NCBI GenBank assembly: GCA_002189035.1
Contig: NEEC01000002.1
Coordinates: 372,001 to 436,000 of the forward strand
Direction: 5' to 3'
DNA length: 64,000 nt
DNA from: Utricularia gibba
Lineage: Eukaryota; Plantae; Magnoliophyta
This document shows, piece after piece, positions 50,901-62,679 of the stretch. Positions within the stretch are counted from its first letter, which is position 1, and the number at the start of each line of letters is the position of its first letter. Position numbers and translations under genes: made by a program. The notes below the pieces were generated by a model. That model saw nothing but the letters and a program-made list of their open reading frames with translations, ran no database searches and was not told the DNA's origin.

Positions 50901-52581
50901 GGTTGATGATAATGGTGGCTTTCCTGGATCAATTCCAGAACATGCGATTTTGTCCCCTGTCAAAGAGAATGTGGTAGAAATTTTGAGGAAAAAACCGCAG
51001 GAGCTATGCGTCCAAAGGTGTGGCTTTCTGCCTTCGCTAGTTTAAAGTTTGTTTGTTTGCTGGTTAGTTGGTTCTTGCCCTTCATAACCAACTTGACAAA
51101 TATTATTATGGATAATGCTCATCGATAGCCTAACGTATTTGTATCTAAACGAAAATTATATGACAGGGCAATCCAGGAACAGAGAACAGCATATATCAAA
51201 ATCAGCTAGAGATTTTGTTGAGTCCAGCCAATCCCCAATCCCTAGATCAAGTAGTAATACAGCCAGAATTACAGTCCAAAAGCACAAAATCATCAGGCAA
51301 TGAAAACGATGCTGTGAATGTTGTTGGGGCGGTGTGTTTTGGTGTTATTATCATCATTAGCGCCTTTCTTGTGTTGCAGTTAATGGGGATGATGGTGATG
51401 ATAAAAGTAAGAGCCCAGTTGTTCAGCGAAGAGGTCGATTTAAGGTTACATCAGAGAATCCTGACATGGTAAATTATCATTCTGACCATTTCGGATTATG
51501 CTCCGCCTGCATTATTTTGATGGATGAGCCTTATCTCCGTCTAGGTGGATCCCACGCTGATCTTAAGAAGCAACCCCATGCTGTTACCTGAAAATCTTAT
51601 GTCGAAGGTAAGTTTATCAAAATGAAAGCGCTATTCGAAAGTCTACAGCCTAAGGACCTTAAAAAGTTTCCCTTTCCTCAATTTCCTACATGCTTCTTTA
51701 CTTTTCAAGAGTATAAATGCAATAGTTATTTTATGTTTTTAGTGGCTTATTTGCTAACAAAATTCTGATCAACCCTCTCTGATAGGTAGCTTGAACCCCA
51801 AGAGATATTGTGATAAGAATTTGCTTTCTTGAACATGGGATGTGCTGATCTACAAGTTAACATATCATTCTGGTTCAGGTGATTGCTCAGCTTCCTGCGA
51901 GTGCTAATTCGTCCGATAATGCTGCACTCGGCTCTTTCGTCAATCTGCAGCTTATGCTGTATGCAAATATAATTCAACGGGTAATGATTTTTTCTGTATT
52001 TTTTCCCCAATCGCTTAATCACTAGATTCTGAATTTTCGTTCACACTGTCGCTTGACAGGATTTTCTTATTGCTTTACTGAAGCAGACATCATCCATTGA
52101 TCCATCTGGTATCAACACACATGCAAAGCTTTGTACCTTTTGCAAATCTTTGTCCTCGTTCTTATTCAACCTCTTTGTCACAAACTTACGCAGAGTGCAC
52201 GCAGGCAAGCATGGAAACAGTAGAGAAAACATTGGTATGGTTTCCCTTTGCTATTCCTCCAATCTGTTTATTTCTGCGGATTGTACGACATATTGTACCA
52301 TTTTAGACTCTTAATCCCAAGCCATCAGGGTTTTGTTCATTTGTTCCAATTCTCATGTTTCAACATCAATGGCTTTTCTTTGAAGCTGGAGGCTGCCAAC
52401 CAGAGGGAAAAGGACCTGCTACGGGAGGTCTCCGATTTGCAGTTGAGGTCTGTCGTTACATGAACCTGTATTAACAAGATTTTCTAGAGTAACTCAAAGG
52501 CATGTATCTTCCCACAGGCTGATATGTGCTCAAGAAGAGATCAAAAAGTACAAAACTGAGAACGGCCGGGCAAACTCTTGA
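47964..52581 (+). CDS. STE20/SPAK-like serine/threonine kinase (MAP4K, BLUS1-related)
   Basis: [100 protein letters not shown], plus a C-terminal coiled coil [28 protein letters not shown]. The last exon boundary is approximate. Confidence 0.9.
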
Positions 52582-52844
52582 TCCGACGCCCATATACATC
52601 GTGGTACGTTCTCTTTTTGGCTACCATTACTGGTGCTCTACCTGCATTAAGGCTCCTTACATGTCTCAGTCGCGTGCTCAAGCGACAGCCCATTTAGTAA
52701 AATGCATGGCATCACATTGCATTGTACAGTAATTATGCACTGACTTGGAGAACCTACATGAAAAAAACCCTGTTGGGATTTGATTGACTTGCATGGAAAT
52801 AAGAACTAGAATATGGTTTTCATTGAAAAAAACACAGGATGGGG

Positions 52845-53570
52845 TTATGAGCTCAAGAACGAGCTGAAGAAGTGTTCGCACCATGGAACTACATGTCTCA
52901 TCCCTTGCTCCTTCAGCTTCACCAGCACGCCCTCCACATTCTCTGTCATCAACAGCGCTGGTGGGCTCGTACAGCAACAGATATGGCAAGGATTCGAGTC
53001 CTTGCTGAGACTCAAAGAAGAAGAAAAGGTCGTTTTGTTTCTTTAACCTCCTGTTCAGTACCCAGAGTTCTTGCGAGAGCAACTCTCTGCGCTTGCCCAG
53101 GAAAGATGAATCCGAATCCGCCATATCCAGCAGTTTGCATACCTCTTCACCGTCAGCTTCTTCCCTGTTTAATGACCGCCGTCTCACGTTCGCTGCCACG
53201 GTCCCTGGAATGGAATAACCCCGGCCGCGCTCACAAACATCTCCTGCCTGTAAACTTACTTCGCAACAAGCATTCCGGCTTTACGCCGGAGGCCGAGAAT
53301 GTCGACGCCGTCCAAGAAAAGAGCTCCGGTGTGGGCTCCCAGAGACGGCCAAGCGCCTGCAAGAAAGTTGACTTACCGCGGCCTCTGGGGCCGATGACTC
53401 CCATTATCACACCTTGGGCATATCAAGGCTGATTCTATTCAAAATCCCCGCACCTTCCATTGAAACCTTTTTCCTCAGATCCCTGATCTGATCTCCATCC
53501 AATCTTCGCCCCCGCCGGTCCCAACAACCGCTGCTGCTCTCTGGCTTCATCTTCGATCCAAAGAGAAAAA
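52845..53570 (-). pseudogene. STAR1: STAR1 / ABCI17 (NAP3) ABC ATPase pseudogene
   Basis: Fragments in shifting frames: EDEAREQ, GILNRISLDMPK, VIMGVIGPRGRGKSTFLQALGRLWEP (Walker A), LFLDGVDILGLRRKAGML, GTVAANVR..EVCKLLDMADSDSSF, LLLYEPTSAVD (Walker B with D>Y) and TENVEGVLVKLK. At least 4 frameshifts and the ABC signature is missing. Confidence 0.85.
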
Positions 53571-54938
53571 GGTTTTCCACAACTCAACCATCAGTTCTAT
53601 CACTTCACCTGTGAAATCCGGCATGGCTGCGAAGCGAACCGGAGATGAGGTTGTCAATGGCGCGGATATTCATTTCACACAGACCGCAAATGATGTGCAT
53701 GATTTGCTTATTCTTTTTTTTTTTACATTTTTTTCAAAAATGAAAAAAAAATTTAGGTGTTTTTTTTATAATTTTTAATAAATTAAAGAGATTAATTTTG
53801 AAAAAAAAAATTATGTCCTTCTCTTCCTCATCATTCCGTTAAATACTTGACATTGGGGTAAAAATATTTGTATAAAATTATTTTTTAATTCGATAAAAAC
53901 TAAATATTAAAATCGATATTAATACGCACGTTTTTTTAATCGAACTAAATTAATTTAATAAAAAAGAGGTTGGGGACACAAATTCTTTGTGCCAGAAGGG
54001 GTTCGCTATTGCCAAAGTCGCAAATTGGGATTTAGTTGTACGTCGCGCAGGAGAAGGTGTACATGCGACAGAATTAGGCGATGCAATGCGGGAGTAAGAG
54101 AGAGGGGGGAGGAGCATCGGGGGAGGAGAGAGTGATCAGAGAAGGGAAAACGAAAAGGGGGTATTCAAGTTTTGACTAGAGTTTTTTTATTACCAGGTTT
54201 CTGTTTCTGGAAAATTAAGGAAACGGAGAATTTCATGAAGAATCGGTAAGGGAGAAGAAAGATGCAAATGTTTCAACGAGGTTGCAGAGGAGAAGTTAAC
54301 CTGCATTGAATAGGGAGTAAGGCTTAGGTTTGTGATTCTTATGCGATAGGTTTTCACGGGAATCTCAATCACGGGAGCTCCTAACGTATGCCCGTCTCAT
54401 CTTCCTTGGTTCTTTAGATTCACCATTCTTGCTTCGAATAATTGGGTATGAGTTGTGAAGTTGAATTTGGGAATTCGAGCTTGAGTTTTCTGATTTTGGG
54501 GTGGCATTTGGGTGCTCTCAATGAATTCTGTGAACGCTGATGGGGATGGGTGCTTGCTTTTTGTTGCAAGGAGAGTCTTTTTTTGGCGGGGTGTCAAGTG
54601 TTGGTTCGGTTCGGGTTGTAGTTTTTATGTTTTGTATTTATTGTTCGATGCGTTTGGAAATTTTATGAATTGGGTTTGTTCTTGATTTGAAAGATTTGGG
54701 CACCAATGATGAAAAGTATTCAGCGGTTCAATCATCGGTGTACAGAAAAGTTGAGATGATTGCTTGCTTGGCATTGATTAGTTTTGTGCTGAAGATGTTG
54801 AATGTTGTTTGGAGAGTGAGGACTTGGAAATAAGAGCTAAGCAAGCGTAGTGTTACTTTGAAGTTTCTGCATTACAGACTCGCTGTCGTGTTTTTGTCAT
54901 ATAGATGTTTAGTCAGGAGAAGATAAAGCAATAGAGAG

Positions 54939-56267
54939 ATGGAATCAGCTGATCAGTGTTCACGGATCAATCTCATGGAGTTGAAAGCTCATATAGTGAA
55001 GAAGTTGGGGGTGGAAAGATCAAATCAGTATTTCATGTACTTGCAGAAGTTTTTAGGTGCAAAGCTGAATAAGGTTGATTTCAATAAGCTTTGCTTGACA
55101 ATTCTTGGCCGAGAAAACATTCCACTTCACAATTATTTTATTCGTTCAATACTGAGGAATGCTTGTACTGGAAAATCCCCATCACGATTGTGGGAAGCAG
55201 ATGGTGCATCAAAACATGGTGACAAGGAGATTCCAGCTGATGGCCACCAGAAAAATGGGCTTCACGTTAGTGCTAATCAGGTTTTTGGTTCATCAGGGCT
55301 ATCCAATGGAGTTATGCTACCAGGTTCACCCCAAAAGGCTAGAACTGGTGTTCGAGATCGGAGAAATTGTGACCAACGCAGTGCTCTCGTGCCTAATGGA
55401 AAGAGTAGCTTTGCTTCTCATCTTACAAGTGTCCCTCAGATGAGTGATGGCAGTGGGACTATGGAAAATGGAGATGTGACTATGATAAATGCCACAAGAT
55501 CAATGAGACATTGCAGCCGCATCATGCAACAAGCTGATAAAGAAACTGGAAAATTGAGTTCATGCACATCTAGAAATTCTGTAGTAAGCAATCCAACAGA
55601 TGATCCATCTTTTGTCCGTTTTAGGCGTCAGCATGAGATCTCAGACAAAAATGCAAGCAAAGAGGGTTCTGCTAGGAGTCCACTTCGAGCTCCACTTGGA
55701 CTTCCCCTGTGTCCTTCCAGCACCGGAGGAGCCCGAAAAGCTCTTCCTCCTCCTGGAAGCTGTAGATTTACCAGCACTTCTAATGATGGTGCTTTGCTTG
55801 ACAGCCATGCGTTAAGGGAAAGAATGGAGCAAACTGCTCTCGACCAGGGTCTCAGTGGGGTCTCATTGGAATGTGCCGAAGCATTGAACCTCGGACTAGA
55901 TTTGTATTTGAGAGGAATAATTAGATCTTGTTTCAGCGTTGTGGGAGCAAAGCCAGTGAATGAGGCTATTCTTCAAGAGCAGCAAACTGATGGGAAGCTC
56001 ATTACTGGAGTTAAGTCTACCCATCACTCACAAACTGCTGATAATGCTCAGCATGCCGTAGCGCAAGAACAGAATGCAGTGTTGCCGATCACTTTGCAGG
56101 ACTTTAGAGTTGCCATGGAGTTGAGACCATGCCAACTTGGTGAAGATTGGCCGTTGCTGCTCGAGAAGATATGTACCCACATTCGGAGAAGAATAAACTG
56201 CGATCCCAAATGGATGCATTTCCCACTTCGTGGCCCCAAACAAGTGCAGTTCCTCGCAAGGGCCTGA
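54939..56267 (+). CDS. ADA1: Transcriptional adaptor ADA1/Hfi1 (SAGA-Tad1 domain) protein
   Basis: Intronless: RINLMELKAHIVKKLGVERSNQYFMYLQKFL..KVDFNKLC..GRENIPLHN..IRSILRNAC, LRERMEQ..GLSGVSLECAEALNLGLDLYLRGII and TLQDFRVAMEL..LGEDWPLLLEKIC. Confidence 0.9.
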   Translation: MESADQCSRINLMELKAHIVKKLGVERSNQYFMYLQKFLGAKLNKVDFNKLCLTILGRENIPLHNYFIRSILRNACTGKSPSRLWEADGASKHGDKEIPADGHQKNGLHVSANQVFGSSGLSNGVMLPGSPQKARTGVRDRRNCDQRSALVPNGKSSFASHLTSVPQMSDGSGTMENGDVTMINATRSMRHCSRIMQQADKETGKLSSCTSRNSVVSNPTDDPSFVRFRRQHEISDKNASKEGSARSPLRAPLGLPLCPSSTGGARKALPPPGSCRFTSTSNDGALLDSHALRERMEQTALDQGLSGVSLECAEALNLGLDLYLRGIIRSCFSVVGAKPVNEAILQEQQTDGKLITGVKSTHHSQTADNAQHAVAQEQNAVLPITLQDFRVAMELRPCQLGEDWPLLLEKICTHIRRRINCDPKWMHFPLRGPKQVQFLARA

Positions 56268-56822
56268 ACTGAGACACGGATTGCAGCTCCCCCTTCCTGC
56301 TAACGACTCCCCCGAAATGGGAAAGAAGAATCACATTTGCAGGAGAAGGAGCGCGGGAATGTGGTTATAACTGTTGTATCAGTGGCATTTTCTCCTCTCC
56401 ACTTCTCTATGCTTCTCCTGTAATTTATTACCAGTGAAGAATTCTAGATCAGTTTTGTAGGAATAATTTTTTTTTTTGGCTTAGTTTAGTACTTCAGTTC
56501 AAGGCTAGAGTGATGGTGCAATAGGCATGATGTGTATCTATGGGCTTGTTCTGTAACAGATTTTCCATCCAAATTTATACATCCCTTCTTTAACGCAGTA
56601 GAATCATACACAAAATCTCAATGCAGCAGCAGCAGGCTTCAACCAACACATTGAAGTCACTAAACGAACAGCTCCAGTACATACATAGCCATGAACAGGC
56701 ACTCGTGTTTTATATACAAATGCAACAATCACAACCCCATGGTTGCATTGAAGCAGATTACTGGCTTTCATTTAGAGGCCGCGGCTGGCGGCATCGGAGC
56801 GTTGGATTCTCCTCCAGGATCA

Positions 56823-57335
56823 CTAGTTATGACGCCTGCTGGCAGCATTAACTTCATCACTCGTTACAAGTATTTCCCACATGATCTGGACATCCTCGTA
56901 CCCGCAGGTTTCTATGTCTTGGTGAAGCTTTAGAAGCCCACTTCCTGATCACATATTCAGACCAAACAAGATGAATATCAGGAAACAACAATAAAGGTCT
57001 GAAATTACAGAACTTTCATTGTATATCACAAATTTGGAGAAGTAAACAGGGAATAGGGGCTATGTGTCATCCACTTTGAAGGACAAGACTACTTTAATCT
57101 GCACTAAACACAGAGAAACCAGAGTTTCATAATCTGAAAAACTAGAGTGGATTTTGTGATAAACTATATTGAATCCCCATGAAACTCACTCACTCATTGA
57201 CAGCACAAATTTAGCAAGGATTAGCAGCTAGAAAAGGGATAAAGATTAACCATTTTTACAAGGCTTCAAGCGAGTTGACACAGAGCACCATGCTCGTCTA
57301 AATGGGAAGCCAAGCTTGCGCCACCACTCCACCAT
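56823..57335 (-). CDS. Small conserved plant protein (LLKLHxDxxTCGYEDVxxMWE family), possibly C-terminally truncated
   Basis: Exons 57335-57251 and 56944-56823 give MVEWWRKLGFPFRRAWCSVSTRLKPCKNGGSGLLKLHQDIETCGYEDVQIMWEILVTSDEVNAASRRHN*. Confidence 0.82.
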
Positions 57336-58109
57336 AACCTTATCCCCCCGGCGTCCTCTGCCGCCGAGACGACCCCAAACCACCCGGAATCCGGCCAGAG
57401 CTGGCCAACCCGATTTATACACACACGCGCAAAACCAAAAAAAGAAAAAGAAGAAGACAAACAGGAACACAAACACACACTTTTACATGCGCAAAATCGA
57501 AAGACCGTGTCTTTACGAGACACCAAAATCCATTGGAATCCAATCCCGTGAAAAAAAAAAAAATGAATGTCTCTGCTACTCTTACCACAATATAAAGAGC
57601 ATTGATATGGACACGGAAGAAGGAATCACCAACACGTGTGGGATTTGGAAGACTTTGCGGGAATGGCACCCCCATTCAACAGTTACGCTCGAAAAAAAGA
57701 CTAGATTTTTCTAGTGGGAATTGCGAGAGAAACCTAACTGTCACCGTCTTTCATCCTGATCACACAGATTTCGTCGGCAAGAAAGAAAAGGGAGTTGGTT
57801 GCCGGTGCTCATTCAAAGACCCTCGCTTTCCCTTCTTTGTGCCGCTGCTCAACTCCATAGAGGAGTGACCACCGACGGTTGGTAGCTGAGCGACGTGCCA
57901 CCTGTATATTTCTTAAATTTTTTAAAAATATAATAAATATATACTAATGTTCATTATTTTCTTTTTTTATAAAAATATATTTTCATTATATTTAATTGAA
58001 AAAATGACATAAAAAATATTAATAGTTTATATTTTAATAAAATCAATGTGTAGTTTACCGGTAAAATCATTAATCAAAGTTTTACAATATAATTAATTTC
58101 TAAAATTTT

Positions 58110-58770
58110 ATATATTAAGTACAGTTAAATCTCTAATATTTTATATATAAAACGCTTTTTTAAATATATAACATAATTAATTTTTTATTATTAAAAAATT
58201 GATACTGTTAGTTGAGAGTTAATTTGTTAATTTATTAAATAATGAGAATAATATTAAAAATTAGAGATCAATTTTATAAATATTATCGATTATCTCCATT
58301 TTTACAATTTAATAAAAAATGAGAAAGTTGCAAACAAAATCTCACACAAGTGGTTCTCATTATTTTATTTAAAATATAAAATTGGTTCCCACTGTTTAAT
58401 ATAGGTGGTACAATAAGTCTCCAAAATCATACATTATTAGTATTTGTGATTCCCAATAGACATAATCAATCTCCACTATTAACAAATTAGACATAAATAT
58501 TTCCATATTGTTTTTTGAGGATTGATTTTATTAAATGTATAAATAAGTAGCGACTAATTATACGAATTGTTTTAAAGAATATGAATTATTTATGTGAATA
58601 GAATGTATAAAATTATTGGAGACTGATTGTGTTAATTTATAAAAAGTGAAGATTAATTATGTAATTATTTTGAAATATTGGAAATTAATTATATCAAATA
58701 TTTAAGATAAATAATAATTAAATGAGACTCATTTTGCAAAAACTCCAAAATGTGGGGACTAGTGACATGC
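58110..58770. mobile_element. Possible decayed fold-back MITE/MULE-type remnants
   Basis: AT-rich region with degenerate inverted matches: ATCTCTAATATTTTA (~58129) vs TAAAAATTAGAGAT (~58255), and ACAATAAGTCTCCAA (~58410) vs TTGGAGACTGATTGT (~58615). GGGACTA occurs at ~58755. No clean TIR or TSD was found. Confidence 0.28.
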
Positions 58771-59310
58771 AATGTATTGATCTTCAATATTTTGTCAATT
58801 TTGTGTTTTTTTTTTATGTTTTGGATAAATTTTTATTTTAAATATGAATATATCTAAATTTTATGAATCGTGACAGTTGAATAGGCATATTCATGAATGT
58901 GCATCCCACTTTTCCATCATATATGCCAAGTGCATTATTATTTGTCCTTGAGTATTCTAAAATATTCTATAAAATCCAAATATTGAAATAGTAATTCTCT
59001 TTATTTTCTGAATTGAAAATTAAGCCGCTCTTATCATTTTCTAATTATTTATTCTTTTGTAGAAATATAAAATGGTGCTAGAAAATTCATTAATAATTAT
59101 ATTATTAATATATAGTGTTTATTGGTATGATATGAACATCCCAACATGATTCATTCAAGTGGCAGTTGTGTTTGGTGGCATGTTCAAAATCAGTGTTTTA
59201 AATTGCAATGAATTTTTATTTTTCAAATTTCTGATTTTTCATTTTTTTTAAATTCAAATATTTGATTTTCAATAAACAAAGAATTTATTGATTTAAAGAT
59301 GAAAATGACA

Positions 59311-59448
59311 TTAAGCTAATCTGGATCTCAGCTCCTTCCTGAGTATCTTCCCGGAGGGGCTCTTGGGGATCGCCTCCGTGAACAACACCTTCCCGATCTT
59401 CTTGTAGTAGACGACCTGCACAAAAGCCGTACACGTCTTAGTTAAGTA

Positions 59449-59484
<36 letters not shown>

Positions 59485-61331
59485 AAATAAAAATAAAAAA
59501 AAATAAATAAATAAAAGTAGGTAACCTGGTTTGAAACAAATTGCTTGAGATCCTCTTCGGTCACGTTTGCGCCTTTGGACTTGACAACAAATGCCACCGG
59601 GACTTCTCCCGCTTCCTCCTCTTTCATTCTGTTACAATCCAAATTATTATATATTTTTTAAAATTTCAAAAAATATATAAAATATAATTCAAAAAATCAT
59701 AGATTTAAATTAAAAATTTTATATATACATGTTATTAAATTATTAATTTAATATGTAAAATACCCATAGGAGGGAGGGGCTTACGGGACTACGGCGGCGT
59801 CGGAGACGGCAGGATGGGTGAGAAGGAGAGCCTCGAGCTCCGCCGGAGCGACTTGAAATCCTTTGTATTTGATTATTTCTTTAAGGCGGTCGACGATGAA
59901 GATCTCGTCGTCGGCGTCGATGAGCCCAATGTCGCCGGTGTGGAGCCATCCGTCTTTGTCGATGGTGTTTTGGGTAGACTCCGTGTCGTTCAGATACCCT
60001 AAGCGAGGGGAAGAGAGGTGTGTAAGCAATTCGGATTCAAGGTGAAGATGCTGGATAGCCGCAAATAGAGACCTTTCATGATTTGATCCCCGCGGATGCA
60101 TATTTCTCCTGGCTGATTCCGACCAAGGGAAGCGCCGGTCTCTGTGTCGACAATTTTCATCTCGGCGTTTCTTACGACGGTCCCGCATGCACCTGATTTG
60201 ATCTCCATGGGCTCCTTGGCAAAGGCCAAGGACATCGCCAGCACCGGGCCTGCCTCGGTCATGCCGTATCCCTGTCCATTTCCGTTTCAGTCTCAGATGC
60301 TGATGTTATCTTTTGGTTGTGTTTTCTGTGGTTACCTGGGCGAGCTTCGCGTTGGGGAACTTGGTTCTGACGGCGTCTTCGAGTTGCTTGCCGAGGGGCG
60401 CCGCCCCTGAGAGGACCATGCGAAGAGAGGAAAGGTCGAACTTATGGACGATGGGGCTTTTGACGATGGCCAATACGATGGGCGGGACGAAGGGGCCGAT
60501 GGTGACTTTGTATCTCTGAATGAGGTCCAGGAAGTGGGTGATCTCGAACTTGGGGACGATGAGAATGGCGGCGCCGACGCGGAGGCCGCACAGGAGTATG
60601 GAGTTCAGGGAGTAGATGTGAAACAGGGGCAGAACACAGAGCAAGACATCTTCGTTGTGGAGGTACAGATTGGGATTCTCTCCGTCGACTTGCTGGGCCA
60701 CGCTGGTGACCAGGCCCTTGTGCGTGAGCATCACGCCCTTTGGGAGTCCGGTGGTTCCGGAGGAGTACGGGAGCGCGACGACGTCGTTCGGGTGGATTTT
60801 CACCGCCGGCAACTCGTACTCGTCCGCAGAAGAAAGCTCCGTGAAGTGGTGGCACCCGGGAGGCGGCGAGTCGACACAAATTACTTTTATACCCTTATCC
60901 GCAGCGAAGTTCTTCACTTTGTCCACGTGGCAGGAGGCGGTGACGATGAGCTTCGCGGCGGAGGCGGTGGCCTGTTTGATCACCTCCGCGGCGGTGAATA
61001 ACGGGTTCGCCATGGTGGAGACGGCCCCGATGTAGGACGCGCCGAAGAAGGTGAATACGAATTCCGGCGAGTTGGGGAGGAGGAGCATGACGGTATCCCC
61101 TTGATTGATCCCCAATCTCCTCAGCCCCGCCCCGACTTTCCGCGATTTGAGCTCCACCTCCTGGTACGTGAAAACTTCCCCGGTGGCACCGTTGATCAGG
61201 CATGGGCGGGAGCTGAACTGGGAAATGTTCTCGAAGCAATAGGTGTGGAGCGGCAAGTGCTTCGGAATGTAGATATCCGGCAGCTTCGATCGGAAAATGA
61301 CGTCATCTCCTTTGACAGTCATCGTCTCCAT
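59311..61331 (-). CDS. 4CL: 4-coumarate:CoA ligase, class I
   Basis: Five exons with Box [24 protein letters not shown], Box [39 protein letters not shown] and [14 protein letters not shown]. There is no PTS1. Confidence 0.96.
59449..59477. repeat. (AAT)n microsatellite of about 9 units in the last 4CL intron
   Basis: Direct reading of the sequence. Confidence 0.85.
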
Positions 61332-61394
61332 CGTCACCAGGAAGAACAAACCGTGTGCACTTGAACCTGAACATGAAGACTGAATTCCATGGAG

Positions 61395-61539
61395 TATAAA
61401 TAAGTACCGCACACAATTGGTGAGGTTGGTGAACTTATCCGGGTTCAAACTCGGAATTTGGTGGTAGGAGGGTACTTTAGGTAATTCACCCCTTCTCCTA
61501 CCATTCGTGATTGGTTGGTTTGATGGGGGGGTTGGTGGG
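61395..61539 (-). promoter_or_regulatory. 4CL proximal promoter: TATA-like box and clustered AC (MYB-binding) elements
   Basis: On the minus strand: TATTTATA 61395-61402, CACCAACC 61424-61431, CCTACCACC 61460-61468, ACCAACC 61513-61519 and CCCACCAACC 61530-61539. AC elements are established features of phenylpropanoid promoters. Confidence 0.7.
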
Positions 61540-61676
61540 TAAAGACTAAAATGGTCATGCGCGGGAGGCTGACCGAAGAGAAAAACAAAATTAATAATAA
61601 TAATAATAATAACACATGTTCAAATCTTACATAGCAGAAAAGTACGGATAAGTGCCGTGGAGACCGAAATAGAAAT

Positions 61677-61711
61677 AGGCCCAAATCGGAAGACACAACG
61701 AATTGGGCCCA
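61677..61711. promoter_or_regulatory. Site II elements upstream of COA5
   Basis: AGGCCCA at 61677-61683 and TGGGCCCA at 61704-61711; site II elements are common in promoters of plant respiratory-chain genes. Confidence 0.5.
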
Positions 61712-61767
61712 AAGTGAGTCATGAATGAGCCCTGGTAACCTGAACGATCGGCGATCTACGGGCGGCG

Positions 61768-62679
61768 ATGTCGAAATCGTGCAAGGGATTAGCGGCGGAA
61801 CTCGTCAAGTGCCTAAGCGAGTCTGAATGCTTTAAGGTGGGGATTCGGGTTTTTTTAAAATTATTATTCGATTCCGTGTTCCGTTGTTCGGATACCAGAC
61901 GTGAATCGAGGTCTGAGTTTGTGATTATGTAATTTGGGAATTTGATTGTTGTAGGTGGAGAATCGATCTCTAAGAGAGTGTGCCAAGGAGAAAAGCCCTA
62001 AAGTTTCAAGCGAGTGCGTGGGTCTGAGGGAAACTTACTTCAATTGTAAAAGAGGGCAGGCATGTATTCTTTCAAAGTTTGTTTTTCCCCTTCCTTTTTT
62101 TGGGAGCATTAATTTGATTTGCTGTTTTCATGAGAATTGCAACATGTTTTTTTAGCCTCCAATGAGATTGCTACTTTATTGCCTGGATTTGCCTCTTCTT
62201 GATCTATGTTCTGTTTATTTCATATTGTTGGAGGTCGAGTACGTTGTTCTGAGATCTAGAAATGTAAGGTATAAAGTTGGGAAGTGTATAAAAAGACTGG
62301 CTTTATACTTATGGCCGGTCATAGAAGCTAGCTACATGCTGAGCCAGTTTTCCTTGTGTGGAAAGAAGGAATGCCCTTCTAGCTAGAGCCCAAATTCATT
62401 GCCAGCGCGATCTTGGTTCAAGCTTTTTGAATTTCATGGAGGAAATATCACTTCTTTTTGTTTCTTACCTCTTGTTGGGAACCCTGAATATGATATAGTG
62501 GCAGCATCTGGTAAATAAACATGCTAACTCGTTTTGATCTTGAGAAGTGGGAGAGGATGTGTGCTTGCTCTCTTTCTTATGCCCCAACTGACGAGTTCAT
62601 TCTTGATTCATATCATAAGCTTGCCTGGTCCTTGCAGGTCGATATGAGAGCTCGAATCCGTGGAAACAAGGGCTACTAA
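61768..62679 (+). CDS. COA5: Cytochrome c oxidase assembly factor 5 (PET191, twin CX9C-type), 71 aa
   Basis: Exons 61768-61836, 61955-62059 and 62638-62679 give MSKSCKGLAAELVKCLSESECFKVENRSLRECAKEKSPKVSSECVGLRETYFNCKRGQVDMRARIRGNKGY*. Intron 2 is GC-AG. Confidence 0.92.

Noticed and set aside
60442-61364. Overlapping alternative-frame and antisense ORFs of 114-185 aa within 4CL exon 1
   Set aside because: By-products of high GC3 in the 4CL coding sequence.
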